From assembly GCA_000004695.1 (NCBI GenBank), contig CM000151.3:5664001-5728000 (forward strand): a DNA stretch of 64,000 nt, in the 5' to 3' direction. Positions within the stretch are counted from its first letter, which is position 1. The number at the start of each line of letters is the position of its first letter. Shown piece after piece: positions 14,003 to 27,071 of this stretch. The notes under the pieces are model-generated. The model did not search any database, was not told the origin of the DNA, and saw only the letters and a list, made by a program, of their open reading frames with translations. The stretch comes from Dictyostelium discoideum (Eukaryota). Made by a program: the position numbers and the translations under genes.

Positions 14003-15062
14003 ATGAAATTTATTATTTTTATTTTATCATCAATTTTAATAATATACATTGGTTATGTTGTTGGTATTGATAGGTCAACAATAACAGAACCAAAACTTGG
14101 TGATTTACAAAATATTAAAAATGACAAATTAATATCATCTACAAACAATCCTCCATTACCATTTCTATCAAGAAAACAATTTAAATATAATGTAGTTTTA
14201 AAAAAGAATAAAAATAAAGAAAACAAACAACAAACTAAAGAAAACAATGATAATAATGATGAAAATGAAGATACTACTACTACTTCTAATACTGCTACAA
14301 TACCAGTAACAACTAATAATAATAATAATAATAATGAATTTAATACAATTAATATGGCATCAAAAGATGGTTCAATTTATAAATGTTTAATACCAAAACC
14401 AATTAAAGAGACTAAAGAAAAGTGGATTCAAATTCCAACTGTTGAAACAATTAAAGAATCACTTTCAAATTTAAAACAAAAATGTATTAAATCAGCTAAT
14501 CCAGGTTTATGGTGGTCATACGAATTTTGTTATCATGATAAAGTTAGACAAGTGCATGTTGAAAAGAATGAAGTTCAAAGTGAATTCATATTGGGTACTT
14601 TTATTGATTCACCTCAAAATGGTGCAATCAAAGGTATAGATCAAACTATTTTAGAAAAGTATATGAAAAAAGAAATCACTGAACTACCTCAATCAACTAC
14701 AACAACACCTTCAAATTTTTTACCTTATTTTAGTGAAAAATATGAAGATGGTACTGTTTGTGAAATTTTAAATATTAAAAGGTATATATATATATATAAC
14801 ATTTATTTCTTTATTCCTTTATTTATTTCTTTATTTTAGTAGTTGTAGTAGTATTAATTTATAATTTATTATTATACTTTATAGACATACTGAAGTTAGA
14901 TACTATTGTTCTAAAGATGCAATTCAACCAACAATTCAAGATATAGGTGAACCATCTTCTTGTGCATATTTATTAAAAGTTTTAACAAACAAAATGTGTA
15001 TTCACCCATTATTCCAACCAAAACAAAATAAAGCATTGGATATTCAATGCACGAAAATATAA
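14003..15062 (+). CDS. OS-9/Yos9-like ER lectin with an MRH (mannose-6-phosphate receptor homology) domain, an ERAD component. Exons 14003..14781 and 14885..15062.
   Basis: It has a signal/anchor N-terminus (MKFIIFILSSILIIYIGYVVG). MRH hallmarks span the intron: ...SANPGLWWSYEFCYHDKVRQVHVEKNE...GTVCEILNIKR | HTEVRYYCS...PSSCAYLLKVLTNKMCIHPLF. The donor is AG|GTATAT at 14782 and the acceptor is tttatAG at 14884, with a phase-2 junction giving Arg. Confidence 0.75.
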
Positions 15063-15099
15063 AATAAATAAAAGTAAACTTAAAAAATATACATACACA

Positions 15100-15152
<53 letters not shown>

Positions 15153-15308
15153 ATAATTTAATAAAATAATAAATAATCAATATTGTTTTATTTTATTTTC
15201 TGTTACACTTTTTTTTTTTTTTTAATTTTTTTTTTTTTAAAATTTTATTAGTTTTTTTTTTTTATTTTTTTTATTATTATTATTTATATGTTCATATTTT
15301 CTTTGATT

Positions 15309-16331
15309 TTAATCAAAGAATTTACGACTAGTACTGGCACCATATAATTGAGTACGAATGACTGGGGTAAGTTGATCAAAGCAAATTTCAAGACGAGAAT
15401 CTAAAGTGTTTTTGCAAATGATTCTACCTTCAAGAGCAGATAAGATAACACCACCGCAACAAGTTGGACCGTTGTAGTCAGATTTTGGACCTTGTGGTAA
15501 GAATCTTTCTTTATCAACTGAAACATCGATTGATTTACCGACGTTCTTTTTGTATTGAGCAGCAGCTTCAGTGGTGGCTTTTTCAAGGAGACCAGCATCT
15601 TCTTTACGACCAACAACTTGAATCTTGTTTTCATTTAATTTAACAAAACCTTGGTAGATTAAATTCTTTAAGATGGTTTGATATTTATCTTTGTCATCAG
15701 AGATGGTGGCGAGTTTCTTTTGTGCCTCCTTGATAACATCACGAAGACATTCTTCTCTAACTTTTAATACTGATAAACGTGATTTATTTAATTCATTTGA
15801 AAGATTGCTAAAAAAAAAAAAAAAATGAATAAATAAATAAATGAATGAATGAATGAATGAATGAATGAATGAAAAATGTTAGTTGATGTTTTTGTTTTAA
15901 AGAGGGGAGGTGGGAGTGGGGTGAAGATGTGTTTTTTTTTTTATTTTTCCTTTTCCTTTTTTTCCTTTTATAGGAAAGAATAAAATGAATGAATGAATAA
16001 ATATGGGAAAAATGAATGAATGAAAAAGACGAACGAGAATTTTGAAAGAATATAAAGTGTGTGTGTGTGAAATAAAGTGAATGTATATTTTTTTTTTTTA
16101 AAAAAAAAATCTATTAAAAAATCTTTACATTTTCTTTTGTACTTCAATTAATTTTTGTTTCTTTTCATATTCTTTAATGATTTTAATTTTTTCGTTTTGG
16201 AAAATTCTACCTTTTTCTGAAGTGAATTCTTGAGTGGCTTTTGTTTTAATTTCATTGGCTTTATCTTGTGCTTCTTGTAAAATGAAATTTTTCATTTGGT
16301 CAAGTTGAGCGTTTACTTGAGTGTCATCCAT
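15309..16331 (-). CDS. vatE: V-type H+-ATPase subunit E. Exons (minus strand): 16331..16129 and 15807..15309.
   Basis: The encoded protein MDDTQVNAQLDQMKNFILQEAQDKANEIKTKATQEFTSEKGRIFQNEKIKIIKEYEKKQKLIEVQKK|INLSNELNKSRLSVLKVREECLRDVIKEAQKKLATISDDKDKYQTILKNLIYQGFVKLNENKIQVVGRKEDAGLLEKATTEAAAQYKKNVGKSIDVSVDKERFLPQGPKSDYNGPTCCGGVILSALEGRIICKNTLDSRLEICFDQLTPVIRTQLYGASTSRKFFD* aligns along its whole length with human ATP6V1E1. The intron runs AT|GTAAAG...ttttttAG|C. Codon usage is biased towards C/G third positions, as in highly expressed Dictyostelium genes. Confidence 0.9.
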
Positions 16332-16585
16332 TTTATATTCGTGTGTATGTAATATATAAGTTTACAAAAAAAAAAAAAAATTATTAAACAAAAATTAAAA
16401 AAAGAAAATAATAAAACTTTTTAATAAAAAAAAAAAAAAAAAAAAAAAATTTTTTGATTTTTTTTAAAAAAAAAAAAAAAATTTAAAAAAAAAAAAAATA
16501 AAAAAAAATTTCGATTGCCTGGTAAAAAAACTGGGCTATTAATCTTTTTATATACCAGTGTGTAAAAAAAAAAAAAAAAAAATTC

Positions 16586-16616
<31 letters not shown>

Positions 16617-17723
16617 TTTAAAAACCTATGAAACTTAAATAGCAATAAATCTTCTGGTCAAAACAATGTTTTTTTTTTTTGTTTAGAGGGTAAATTAATA
16701 AAAAAAACTCGTTTTAAAAAATAAAAATAAAAATAAAAATAAAAATAAAAATAAAAAATAAAAAAAAAAAAAAATAAAAAAAAAAAAATAAAAAATTAAT
16801 TACTGTCAATTTAATTCAATATGATCTCAACAAAAAAGAAATTTAAATAATCCATTTTTTTTTTTTTTTTGTTGTAAAAAATATAAATATAACTTATTTA
16901 TTTCAATCCAAAGGATTTACCAGAGAATTTAATTAAGGAAAATAAATAAATAAAAAAAAAAAATAAAAAAAAAAAAAAAACCTTTTGATAATATAATAAT
17001 ATATCCTTCAAAGTTTTATAAATAAATAAATTTAATAAACTAAGGGACATAAGTTTAACAAATGGATAAAAAAAAAAAAAAAATAAAAAAAAAAAAAAAT
17101 AATAAAAATAACAATGAAATAAAGAATAAAATAAAAATTAAAATAATGGCTTGATTCAGGTGAAAAGCACTAAATTATAATTTGATTTTTGAATTTTTCA
17201 AAAGATCTACTCTTTTTTTTTTTTTTTTTGTTATTATTTTTTTATTTATCCTTTCTTTGAAAGATAGGAAAAATGCACTTGAAATCTAACAGACATTGTT
17301 TTGGAATTTCAATATTTAATTAAAATTAAAAAAATAAAAAAAAAAAATTTTAAATTTTAAATTTTAATATTTTTTTATTTTTTTATTTTTTTTTTTTTAG
17401 GTGTGTTGTTTTTTAAGATCTAAAAAAATAAAAAATAAAAAATAAAAAATAAAATAAAAAACAAAAAACAATTAATTTTATTTATTTAACTTTTTTTTTT
17501 TTTTCTCAAACATAAGATATTTTTTATTTTTTTTTATTTTTTATTTTTTTAATTTTCCAAAGACTTCTTTTTTTTTTTTATTTTTTGTTTACAAAAATTT
17601 CGCTTCTCACATTTTTCATCCCTTTTTTTTTTTTTAAAAAAAAAAAATAAATAAAGTTGTACACAACTCAATACACACACATATATATTAATATATTAAT
17701 ATATACCACACACACTATAAAAA

Positions 17724-18318
17724 ATGGATCAAAGATTTAATGATAGCGCATTGGAGCATTATTTAAATAGAAGTGGTGATTATTCAAATGATTCAGGTGA
17801 AGAAAGAGAAGAAGAGGAAGAAGAAGAGGAAGATAGAATAATAACTACAACAACTACAACAACTACAAATACATCATCATCACCACCATCATCATCATCA
17901 TCACCACCACCACTACCACCACTACCTCCATATGAAATTAATTATGATTTTGTAGAGAATGCAGAAGAAGAAGAATATATACAAAGACAAGTTCAAAGTG
18001 AATCAATTAGACAAGAGAATAAAAGAGAAGAGATGGAAAATCTTTATTATTCAATTCATAATAATATATTTTCAAATATTTATGCTGGTGGTGAATTAAC
18101 AGCAAAACAACAAGCATATATTCAAAAACATCAAGATATTATCTCTGATTTACCTTATGAAGTATTATGTAAAATTTTATCATTTTTAGATGTAAATACT
18201 TTAATTTCAACATCACTAGTTTCAAATTTATTTAATAAAATTTCAAATTCAAATGAAATTTGTAATGTATCATCATTCATCATTCACCATTCATCATCTT
18301 TTTATTTATAATTTACTA

Positions 18319-18414
<96 letters not shown>

Positions 18415-18707
18415 TTTAGGGAAACCAAAATGTAAAACATTTAATATTGAAGATAGTGAATATATGTTAAAAAAAGCAACTATTTATACATCAAGTCCAA
18501 AACAAACATCAATTAATAATGTGGTAATTAATGAAAATAATGAAACAATTCAACAATCACCAATATTTTCAAATACAACAGTATATGATTTAAAATCATC
18601 ATTTATGACTGCCCATACATCAAGATTCTATACTGATGATTTAGAACCATATTATGATAATGTTGAACAATATAGCAATGGTGACGATGAATATGATGAT
18701 GAAGAGT

Positions 18708-18739
<32 letters not shown>

Positions 18740-19693
18740 GAATTAAAAATTGAAAATGGATGGAAAAAATTATATATTGAATTAGGTTCAATTAAATTAT
18801 ATGGTACATATGATTTAATAGTTAAGGGTATGGAGTCATCGACATGTGATAGTCCAAGTCAAACAATTGAAAATACCTTAAGTAACGGACACGCATTCTG
18901 GAGTTCCAAAGGATCATTGACAAGTCAAGGTAACGAATATTTAATATACAAATTGGAACAACCAATTTGTATTGTGTCATCGGTGGTGTTAAGTGCATAT
19001 CGTGCTTTGTTTCAGTCTGGGTTCCCAACTTATTCACCAAAAGGTGTTATTATAAGTGTTGGCTTCTCAATGGACCAATATCATTACAAGTCTGAATTAT
19101 TCCCATGTGAACAAACTGATTCACCACAAACTTTCAAATTGGAGCCTTCATTAGTCCTAGGTGGGTACATTAGGTTAGATCTAATTGGTAAATATCAAAC
19201 TCAGTCAAGTGATAGACAGTATTATCATGCAATTAATCAAATTCAAGTAGAGGGTGTACCAATTGGTTCATTAGAAAGTAAACCAAATCTATCATTATCA
19301 ATGCTACAATTTTATTCAAAATTTAAATCACTTTCAACTTTAATTCATTATAATAATAATAATATTAATCATCCACCAAATATTGATAATTCAATTTTGA
19401 CAACCACTACTACCACCACAACTACCACTACTACGAGTACTAGTACTAGTACTACAGGTAAAGATGAATTTACATATAAAGAAATTTTATCAAAACTTCG
19501 TAGTTATATGGCACCTAAATTGGATAAAGCACGTATAAAGAAACAGAATATTTATAATGTTATAAGTGATATTGTTGAAGGTCGTTTTGAACAAGCTATT
19601 GATACAATTTTTAAGAATGATTTAAGAAGTAAGAAAATATTTAATATTTGTGTTCAATCAAGTAATGATAATGTAATTAATAAATATTTTTGA
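17724..19693 (+). CDS. F-box domain protein. Exons 17724..18261 and 18420..19693.
   Basis: It has an F-box motif LPYEVLCKILSFLDVNTLISTSLVSNLFNKI. The donor is ATT T|GTAATG at 18262 and the acceptor is tatttttAG at 18419. The phase-1 junction gives TGG (Trp) and restores the long frame (...GKPKCKTFNIEDSEYMLKKATIYTSSP...). The intron contains an (ATT)n tract. The protein has acidic/E-rich and poly-T/S/P tracts. I could not classify the C-terminal 400 aa from sequence alone. Confidence 0.65.
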
Positions 19694-20111
19694 AAGTTTA
19701 TTAGTTAGTGGTAAAAGATTCTCAACTGATGAAACTTTGTTTTTGGCAAATCAAGCTTGTTTAGATGGAAATATCACCATTTTCACTAGACTACTACTAA
19801 CAAGTAGAATATCACCTTCACCTGATTTAGGTGATTTAATGCTATCAAATGGTTATGCATTGATTGCAGCTGAAATATTTAGTCAATGTCAAATTCTAGA
19901 TAGAGCAATTCAATGTCTTTTCATTGCTGGTTGTCATGAAGAAGCTTTATTGTATACTAGAAACTATACAAATGATAATCCATTAGATATAGTTTATCTT
20001 ATAAAATTATTTAGACAATATTCCTTATATCAAGGTTGTCATTTTACAATTATATTTTTAGAATTTTATAATTCAATTAGAAATGAATTAGAAAATAGAA
20101 GAAGAGGAAGA

Positions 20112-20199
<88 letters not shown>

Positions 20200-20456
20200 G
20201 TGGTGGTTTTGATGAAGATGATCAAGGTGGTAGATTTATAAATAATATGACAATTGAAGCTGATACTATTGGTCAAGTTTTTGATATTAATAATATTTCA
20301 GATTCAAATGATATCACTACTTTATTAACAGAATTAAAGAAACTTTTTAAAACTCTAAAAAAAGAATCACCAATTAGAACTCCAACTCAAACATTTTCAA
20401 GATTATCAAATTTCTTTTCATCTTTTCAAACAATTAGAGTAAATAGAACAGAGTAA
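19692..20456 (+). CDS. ORF in the +1 frame immediately after the F-box gene stop. It may be a continuation of that gene (frameshift or pseudogene) or a separate gene.
   Basis: The frame is open from 19677 and overlaps the TGA stop of the upstream gene at 19691..19693. It reads ESLLVSGKRFSTDETLFLANQACLDGNITIFTRLLL...CHEEALLYTRNYTNDNPLDIVYLIKLFRQYSLYQG...(N)30...TELKKLFKTLKKESPIRTPTQTFSRLSNFFSSFQTIRVNRTE*. The track start is a TTG. There is no room for a promoter or an intron between the two ORFs. The first in-frame ATG is at about 19842. Confidence 0.35.
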
Positions 20457-20518
20457 TAATATTAATAAAATAAAATAAAATAAAAATAAAAATTAATTAA
20501 TTATTTATTTATTCATTG

Positions 20519-20567
<49 letters not shown>

Positions 20568-20835
20568 TTATGGTGAAATTACTTTTACTTTTTAAAATTA
20601 AAATTTTATATTTTTGTCCAATTAAAATAATAATAATTCTATTTTGGTGGAATGTGGTTGTTTTTTTTTTCCCCAAAACTATATAGGTAATGATTTAGTA
20701 AAAAAAAATGGATTACTAAAAAAAATCTTTATTCGATTGTTCCATTTTGGAATTCTTTTTTTTTTTTTTTAAATAAATTAATTTTTTTAATTTTTTTTTT
20801 TTTTTTTTTTTTTTTTTTCCCAAGGTTTTTGGGAG

Positions 20836-20881
<46 letters not shown>

Positions 20882-20934
20882 CAGTTATTTTTTTTTTAAT
20901 TTCATTTCATTTTTTTTCAAGAAAATAAATAAAG

Positions 20935-21657
20935 ATGGCAAATACAATTAATACAAATGAAGAATTTGAAAATATTTTAAAAGATAATAAATTTTTAGTT
21001 GTTATGTTTTGGGCAGATTGGTCAAAACCATCAACTCAAATGAGAGATGTTTTTGATCAATTAGCTAAACAAGCTACAAATCAAGCAAACAATAAACTTT
21101 TATTCTTAAAAGTTGAAGCAGAGAAAGTTCATCAAATTTCTGGTAGATATAATGTTAAATCTGTACCAACTTGTATATTTTTAAATCAAGGTAAATTAGT
21201 TCAATCAGTCGTTGGTGCTAATCCATCAGAATTAGCATTACAAACAAATAATTTCTCAAAAACTTGTGATACATTACCATTGGAAGAGCAACAACAACAA
21301 CAACAAAGTGAAGAAATCATAAATAAAATTAAATTAGATCAAGAACAAGAGAAAAAATTATTAAATGAAAGATTAGAAAAACTTGTAAATCAATCACCAG
21401 TTATGTTATTTATGAAAGGTAATCCAGAGAAACCACAATGTGGTTTCTCAAATAAAACTGTTACAATCTTAAAAGAGAATGGTTTTGAATTTGGTTCATT
21501 CGATATCTTACAAGATCAAGCAGTTCGTAATGGTTTAAAGGAATATTCGAATTGGCCAACTTATCCTCAATTATATATCAATGGTAAATTAGTTGGTGGT
21601 TATGATATTATTAAAGATTTAAATGAAGAAGGTGAATTAATTGATCTTAAGCCATAG
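20935..21657 (+). CDS. Glutaredoxin-3 / PICOT-type protein with a thioredoxin-like domain and a monothiol CGFS glutaredoxin domain. Single exon, 240 aa.
   Basis: The N-terminal Trx-like fold is ...[26 protein letters not shown]. The C-terminal monothiol Grx is [76 protein letters not shown], with a CGFS active site. Confidence 0.9.
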
Positions 21658-21738
21658 AATTTTTTTTTTTTAATAATTAAATAAATAAAAAAATAAATAA
21701 ATAAAAAAAAAAAAAATAAAATAAAAAAATTAAATAGG

Positions 21739-21800
<62 letters not shown>

Positions 21801-22308
21801 TTAACTTATTATTTTATTATTATAGTCATTTAATTTTTATTTAATTTATATACATATATATATTTATATATTTCACGCATTATTTCTATATTGGGCGATA
21901 GTTATTTTTATCAAGTTAATTTTTTTTTTCACTTAAATAAATAACTCCCTTTTTTTTTTTTTTTTTATTAACCTTTTCCTTCTATATAAAGGTGAATACC
22001 ATTAATGGTAATTACTTTTTTTATTTTTTTGGGGTTTAAAAAACAAGTACAGTTGATCATTTATTTAACCTCATCCATTATTTATAATCAAAACATTTTT
22101 GTAATTCATATTTCCTTGTAATAAAATTAGTTGGTGGTAAGGAAAATAATAAAATAAAATAAAATAAAATAAAATAAAATAAAATAAAATAAAATAATTC
22201 GAAATTTAAATATTTTAATATTATTTATTTTAATTAAATTAATTAATTAATTAATATTAATTTTAAATTAATTGTTACATTGTACTTAATTTCTTAAATG
22301 TTTTATTT

Positions 22309-22341
<33 letters not shown>

Positions 22342-22961
22342 ATATTTTTATCATATATACTATGTTTATAAAGTATATTTATATATAATAGTGTGGTGTG
22401 TACGTATGAGAAGAATAATTTTTTTTTTTTTGTTTTTTTAATTTTTGAAAGAACCCCCACACATATTTATCCAATAGTTTTTAGTGTTTAAAATCACCAT
22501 TTTGTTTTTATAAAATTAACATATTATTAAAAATTTTAAATATATTTTATATACTTATTTATATTTAAGTTAATTATCATAATAGGACAACTGTTTAAAA
22601 GATGAGCAATGATCCTAAACTTAGTTTTTTTTTTTTTTTTAATTTGTGGAAAAAAAATAATTGTTGATATTTTAATTTAAAATTTTTAATTGGCTATAAA
22701 TTTTTTGGAGATATTATAAAATATTATAAATAATTACAAAATATATATTCATTTATAATAAAATTATTTTATTTAAATTTTTTTTTTTATTTTTTTTTAT
22801 TTTTTTTATTTTTTATTTTAATTATATTCTCAGAAGGAAATTAAATAAAAAAATCAAATTAAATAAAAAATATTCATTTAAAAAATAGAAAGTAAATAAA
22901 TAATTTTTTTTTTTAAAACATTCTAAAAAAAAAGAAAAAAAAAAAAACCATTTTTAAAAAG

Positions 22962-23004
<43 letters not shown>

Positions 23005-23039
23005 AATAAAATAAAAAACTAAATAAATAAATCTATACA

Positions 23040-24368
23040 ATGGAAGATAATAATAATAGTAGTAGCAATGAAAATAAACAAAATGAATTATCGACACCAT
23101 CTATTAAAAAAGAAAGACATTTAGTAATAATGCAACATGGTTTACATGGTACTTCATTAGATTTTAAAACAATTAGAAATCATTTTTTAAAACAAAAACA
23201 TTTAGACAATTGTATATTTGTAAGTTTTTTTAATTTTTTAATTTTTTTTTTTTTTTTTTTTTCTTTTCAAAATTTTTTAACATTATTTATTTATTTTTAT
23301 AATTTTTAGATATCAGCAAATAGTAATAGTCATTTTTTAGCAACACATGATGGTATTGATAAAATTGGAGAAAGATTATTTAATGAAGTTAAAGAATTAT
23401 ATGAACAATATGATCATCCAGAGAAAATATCAATGATTGGACATAGTTTGGGTGGTTTAATAACAAGATATGCGATTGGATTATTATATGATGATGGATT
23501 CTTTAAAAAATGTAAACCTGATCAATTCATTAGTTTATCATCACCACATTGTGGCAGTAGAAGACCATCAACAACTATATTCAATAAGGTAGCACATATA
23601 TTTGTTGATAATTTCCTATCAGTTACAGGTAAACAATTGATATTACATGATACTGAAATACCCGATAATATTAAAACATTTCCATCGACATCATCACCAC
23701 CACCAAATGAAAAATTGAAATCATCAAAAACAATTGTAAATAGTTCAGTAAAGAATGAAACAGATTTATCATTACCATTGGCAGAGGCAAAAGAGCCATC
23801 AATCTATAAAGAAGTTGGAAACAATGAGAAGTTAATGATTATTGAAAAGAAAGAAGAGAACGAAATCATTACAAATGATCAAGAAGTACCAATGCCATTA
23901 CTGGTTAGATTGTCAGAGGGTATATTTTTCAATGGTTTAAATTCCTTTAGAAAACGTACACTTTACTCAAATATTTATAATGATGTTCAAGTTAACTTTT
24001 GTACCTCTGATATCTCTGCAAAGAATCCTTACACTCTTGGAAAGTTAATGAAATTCTCTGAAAAGTATAGACATATAATTGAAGAAGAATCAATTTTAGA
24101 TATAGATCCAAATTTATTAGAACAACAATCACCACCACCAGATAAAAAACCATTTGATGAAAAGGATTTAGATGAATATTTCACTCATGATACTCATCAT
24201 CATTTCTTAAAGAGAATATTAAAAAATTTAAACCAATTACATTTTGTTCGTTATCATATGTATTTTAAAAATATGTTATCTCATACAAATATAATAGTAA
24301 AAAGAGAATGGATAAATAGTGAAGGTTTCGAGATCATTGAACATTTAGTTTCACATTTTGAAGGTTAA
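23040..24368 (+). CDS. Putative serine esterase/lipase of the DUF676 family (ROG1/FAM135-like, alpha/beta hydrolase). Exons 23040..23219 and 23310..24368.
   Basis: Its hallmarks are HLVIMQHGLHGTSLDF...intron...ISANSNSHFLATHDGIDKIGERLFNEVKELYEQY...KISMIGHSLGGLITRYAIGLLYDDG, with a GHSLGG nucleophile elbow. The donor is TTT|GTAAGT at 23220, the acceptor is tttttAG at 23309, and the junction is phase 0. Confidence 0.8.
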
Positions 24369-25185
24369 AAAAAAAAAAAAAAAACAACGAATAAAATTAA
24401 ACCAAAAATTTTAAAAAGTAATAAGAAGTGTATTTATTTTTTTTAATATAAATTTAGTATAAATAAATAATATATTCAAAAATACACAAAATCATATAAA
24501 ATTATAAAAAAAAAAAAAAAAAAATGAATTTAATCATTTTATTTTTTTTTTTTTTTAGTCAAAAAGTAAAGTTAATTTTTTTGATTAATTTAAATAAAAA
24601 TAAAATTTAAAAAAAACAAATAAAATAATCCAGATATAATTCATTTTGATTAAAAAAAAAAAAAAAATAAAAAATACAAATAAAAAAAAAAAGTTAACTT
24701 TTTTTAATTTTGTCCCCTCATGAGGAATTATATTTTTAATTTAATTATCTTTTTTTTAAATCAAAAATAAATAAATGAAAATAAGAAATATATAAAAATT
24801 AAAAAAATAAAAAATAAAAATAGAAAAACATAATGAACATTCATTCTTTGTTTTATATTTTATTTTTTAATTTATTTTTTATAAAAATATAATCCCTCTC
24901 TCATGGCTATTGAATACTAAATTTAAAAAATAATTGAAATTAAATAATTGTTTGAAAAAAAAAAAAAAAAAAAAAGTGTTTTTTAATTTTTTTTTTTTTT
25001 TTTTTTGAAAATTTTTATAAATTTTTTTTTGTGAAGTTACCTTTTATTTTTTAAATTAAATTTTTTTTTTCTTATTTTTTTTTTAATTTTTTTTTTTTTA
25101 TTTATTTTTTTTTAATTTTTTTTTTTTTTTTTTTCATTTAACACACAAATATATAATCACCTTTGTAAATATAATAAAATATATA

Positions 25186-26969
25186 ATGACACTTGAAGCA
25201 ACAATTGTTTGGTAAGTTTTATATAGCAGTATTTCTCAATTGTATATTTGCGAAAAAAAAAAAAAAAAAAAATACACATAAATACATATATTTATTAACT
25301 TGATATTAATACAACAACGTCAACAACATCAACAACAAAAATAACAACAATAAAAATAAAAACAACAACTACACAAAAACAACAATAATAATAATAATAA
25401 TAATAATAATAGTTTAGATAATTCAGAATGGATGAGAAATGGTGATTTTACACCATCAAGATCAGAAGCTCAAAAAGATGCTGTTAATTTAATTTGTGGT
25501 AAGATTTAAATAAATAATTGAAACTTGATTTCTTTATATTAGGAGGTGGAATGTTAAATATTTATTATTATAAAAAATACTAATTTATATTTGGAATATA
25601 ATTTTAATAATAATAATAATAATAATAATTATAAAAATAATAATTATAAATGTATACAGCATCAAAAACACAGTCAAATCCTGAAAGTGCTGTTTCTATT
25701 ATGTCAATGGCTGGTAAAAAGTAAATTTATATATTTTTATAGGATTATCATCATTAGGATTAATAATATTGTTTTTTGAATATGGGATATTAATTTAATT
25801 TAATTAAAATTTATAATTTTTTTTTTTAATTCACAGACCAGAAGTTTTAGTAACATTAACACAAGAATTAAGTAAGATTTTATCAGGAGCTCAAGAATTA
25901 AAAATTAATGGTAAAATTGATTTCTCAACAACCATGCAAATTGCTCAAGTAGGTTATATATTATTTTATTTTTTTCCCCAATTTAAATTTTAGTATTTCG
26001 AAATACTTACCCCTTTTATTTTTTTTATTTTTTATTTTTTTATTTTTTTAGCTTGCACTTAGACATAGACAAAATAATCATCAACATCCAAGAATTATAG
26101 CATTTGTTGGTAGTCCATTAAAAGAAACAAAAGAAGAATTAATTCAATTAGCAAAACGTTTAAAAAAGAATGGTGTTGCTGTGGATATTATTAACTTTGG
26201 TGAAGTTACTGAAAACTCTGATAAATTAGAAGCCTTTATAAACGATGTAAATAATAATGATGAAAGGTAAATTATATTATATTATATTTTATTTTATTTT
26301 ATTTTATTTTATTTTATTTATTATTCATTTGATTTTTATAATGTTTATCCTTATTTATGTTAAATATTATTTACTAACAAATTTATTATTATTATTATTT
26401 TTATTTTTTTATTTTTTAGTCATTTACTTACAGTACCACCAGGACCACATATTTTATCTGATATCATTTTACAATCACCAATTGTTGAATCAGGTTCAGG
26501 TCAATTTGGTAGTGAATTTATTAATGCAGATACAGATCCAGATCTCGCAATGGCACTTAAGCTCTCATTGGAAGAGGAAAAACAACGTCAAGAAAGAGAA
26601 AGAAAAGCAAGAGAAGAAGCCAATGGTGGTTCAACCAATTCTGGTACTACCACTACCACTGCACCAACTGAATCAAATATGGATGTAAACTTTGAAGATG
26701 ATCCAGAACTTGCTGAAGCTTTAGCATTATCAATGGCCACTGATAAAATGGAAGTTCAATCATCAACCACCAACACAGATTCACAACCACCACAACAACA
26801 ACAACAACCACCAACTGATGATACTTCATCAGAGGCTTTCAAAGATCAAGACTTTTTAAATTCAACCTTAAATTCACTTCCAGGTGTTGATCCAAATAGA
26901 ATCAAAAATGCTTTGGAAAATTTATCTAAAAAGGATGAAGATAAAGATAAAGATAATGAAAAAAAATAA
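25186..26969 (+). CDS. psmD4: 26S proteasome non-ATPase regulatory subunit 4 (Rpn10/S5a). Six exons: 25186..25211, 25413..25498, 25660..25720, 25837..25948, 26052..26266, 26420..26969.
   Basis: The spliced product MTLEATIVC|[29 protein letters not shown]|[21 protein letters not shown]|[37 protein letters not shown]|[72 protein letters not shown]|[22 protein letters not shown]...[15 protein letters not shown]...[13 protein letters not shown]...[18 protein letters not shown]... is collinear with human PSMD4, with a VWA domain and two UIMs. The donors are GTAAGT, GTAAGA, GTAAAT, GTAGGT and GTAAAT. All acceptors are AG with consistent phases. Confidence 0.9.
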
Positions 26970-27025
26970 ATCCAAATAATAATAATAATAGTAATATAAA
27001 TAAAATAAAATGATTGATCAATATA

Positions 27026-27071
<46 letters not shown>

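Noticed and set aside
14053-14247. Antisense ORF within the OS-9 gene, plus 14911..15180, which spans its 3' end and the (TA)n repeat.
   Set aside because: They overlap a homology-supported CDS or consist of IYIYIY dinucleotide-repeat translation.
15401-15634. 77-aa minus-strand track ORF.
   Set aside because: It is an out-of-frame reading inside vatE exon 2. The correct frame gives full-length V-ATPase E homology.
20107-20197. The (AAT)30 tract, considered as a possible non-coding repeat or intron.
   Set aside because: It is in frame within the 19692..20456 ORF, where it encodes a poly-Asn run. Long coding poly-N is normal for Dictyostelium, and no splice sites flank it.
22275-22460. Intergenic low-complexity track ORFs. 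Examples are 22275..22460, 25591..25779, 26257..26688 (an out-of-frame read across psmD4 introns), 27010..27195, 30300..30620, 31592..31810, 32830..33069, 41995..42261, 43086..43364, 46011..46391, 54478..54699, 54851..55063, 57130..57330, 60983..61316 and 61739..61972.
   Set aside because: They are dominated by poly-K/F/N/I translation of homopolymer and microsatellite DNA. They have no start context or domain signal. Several begin at non-ATG codons.
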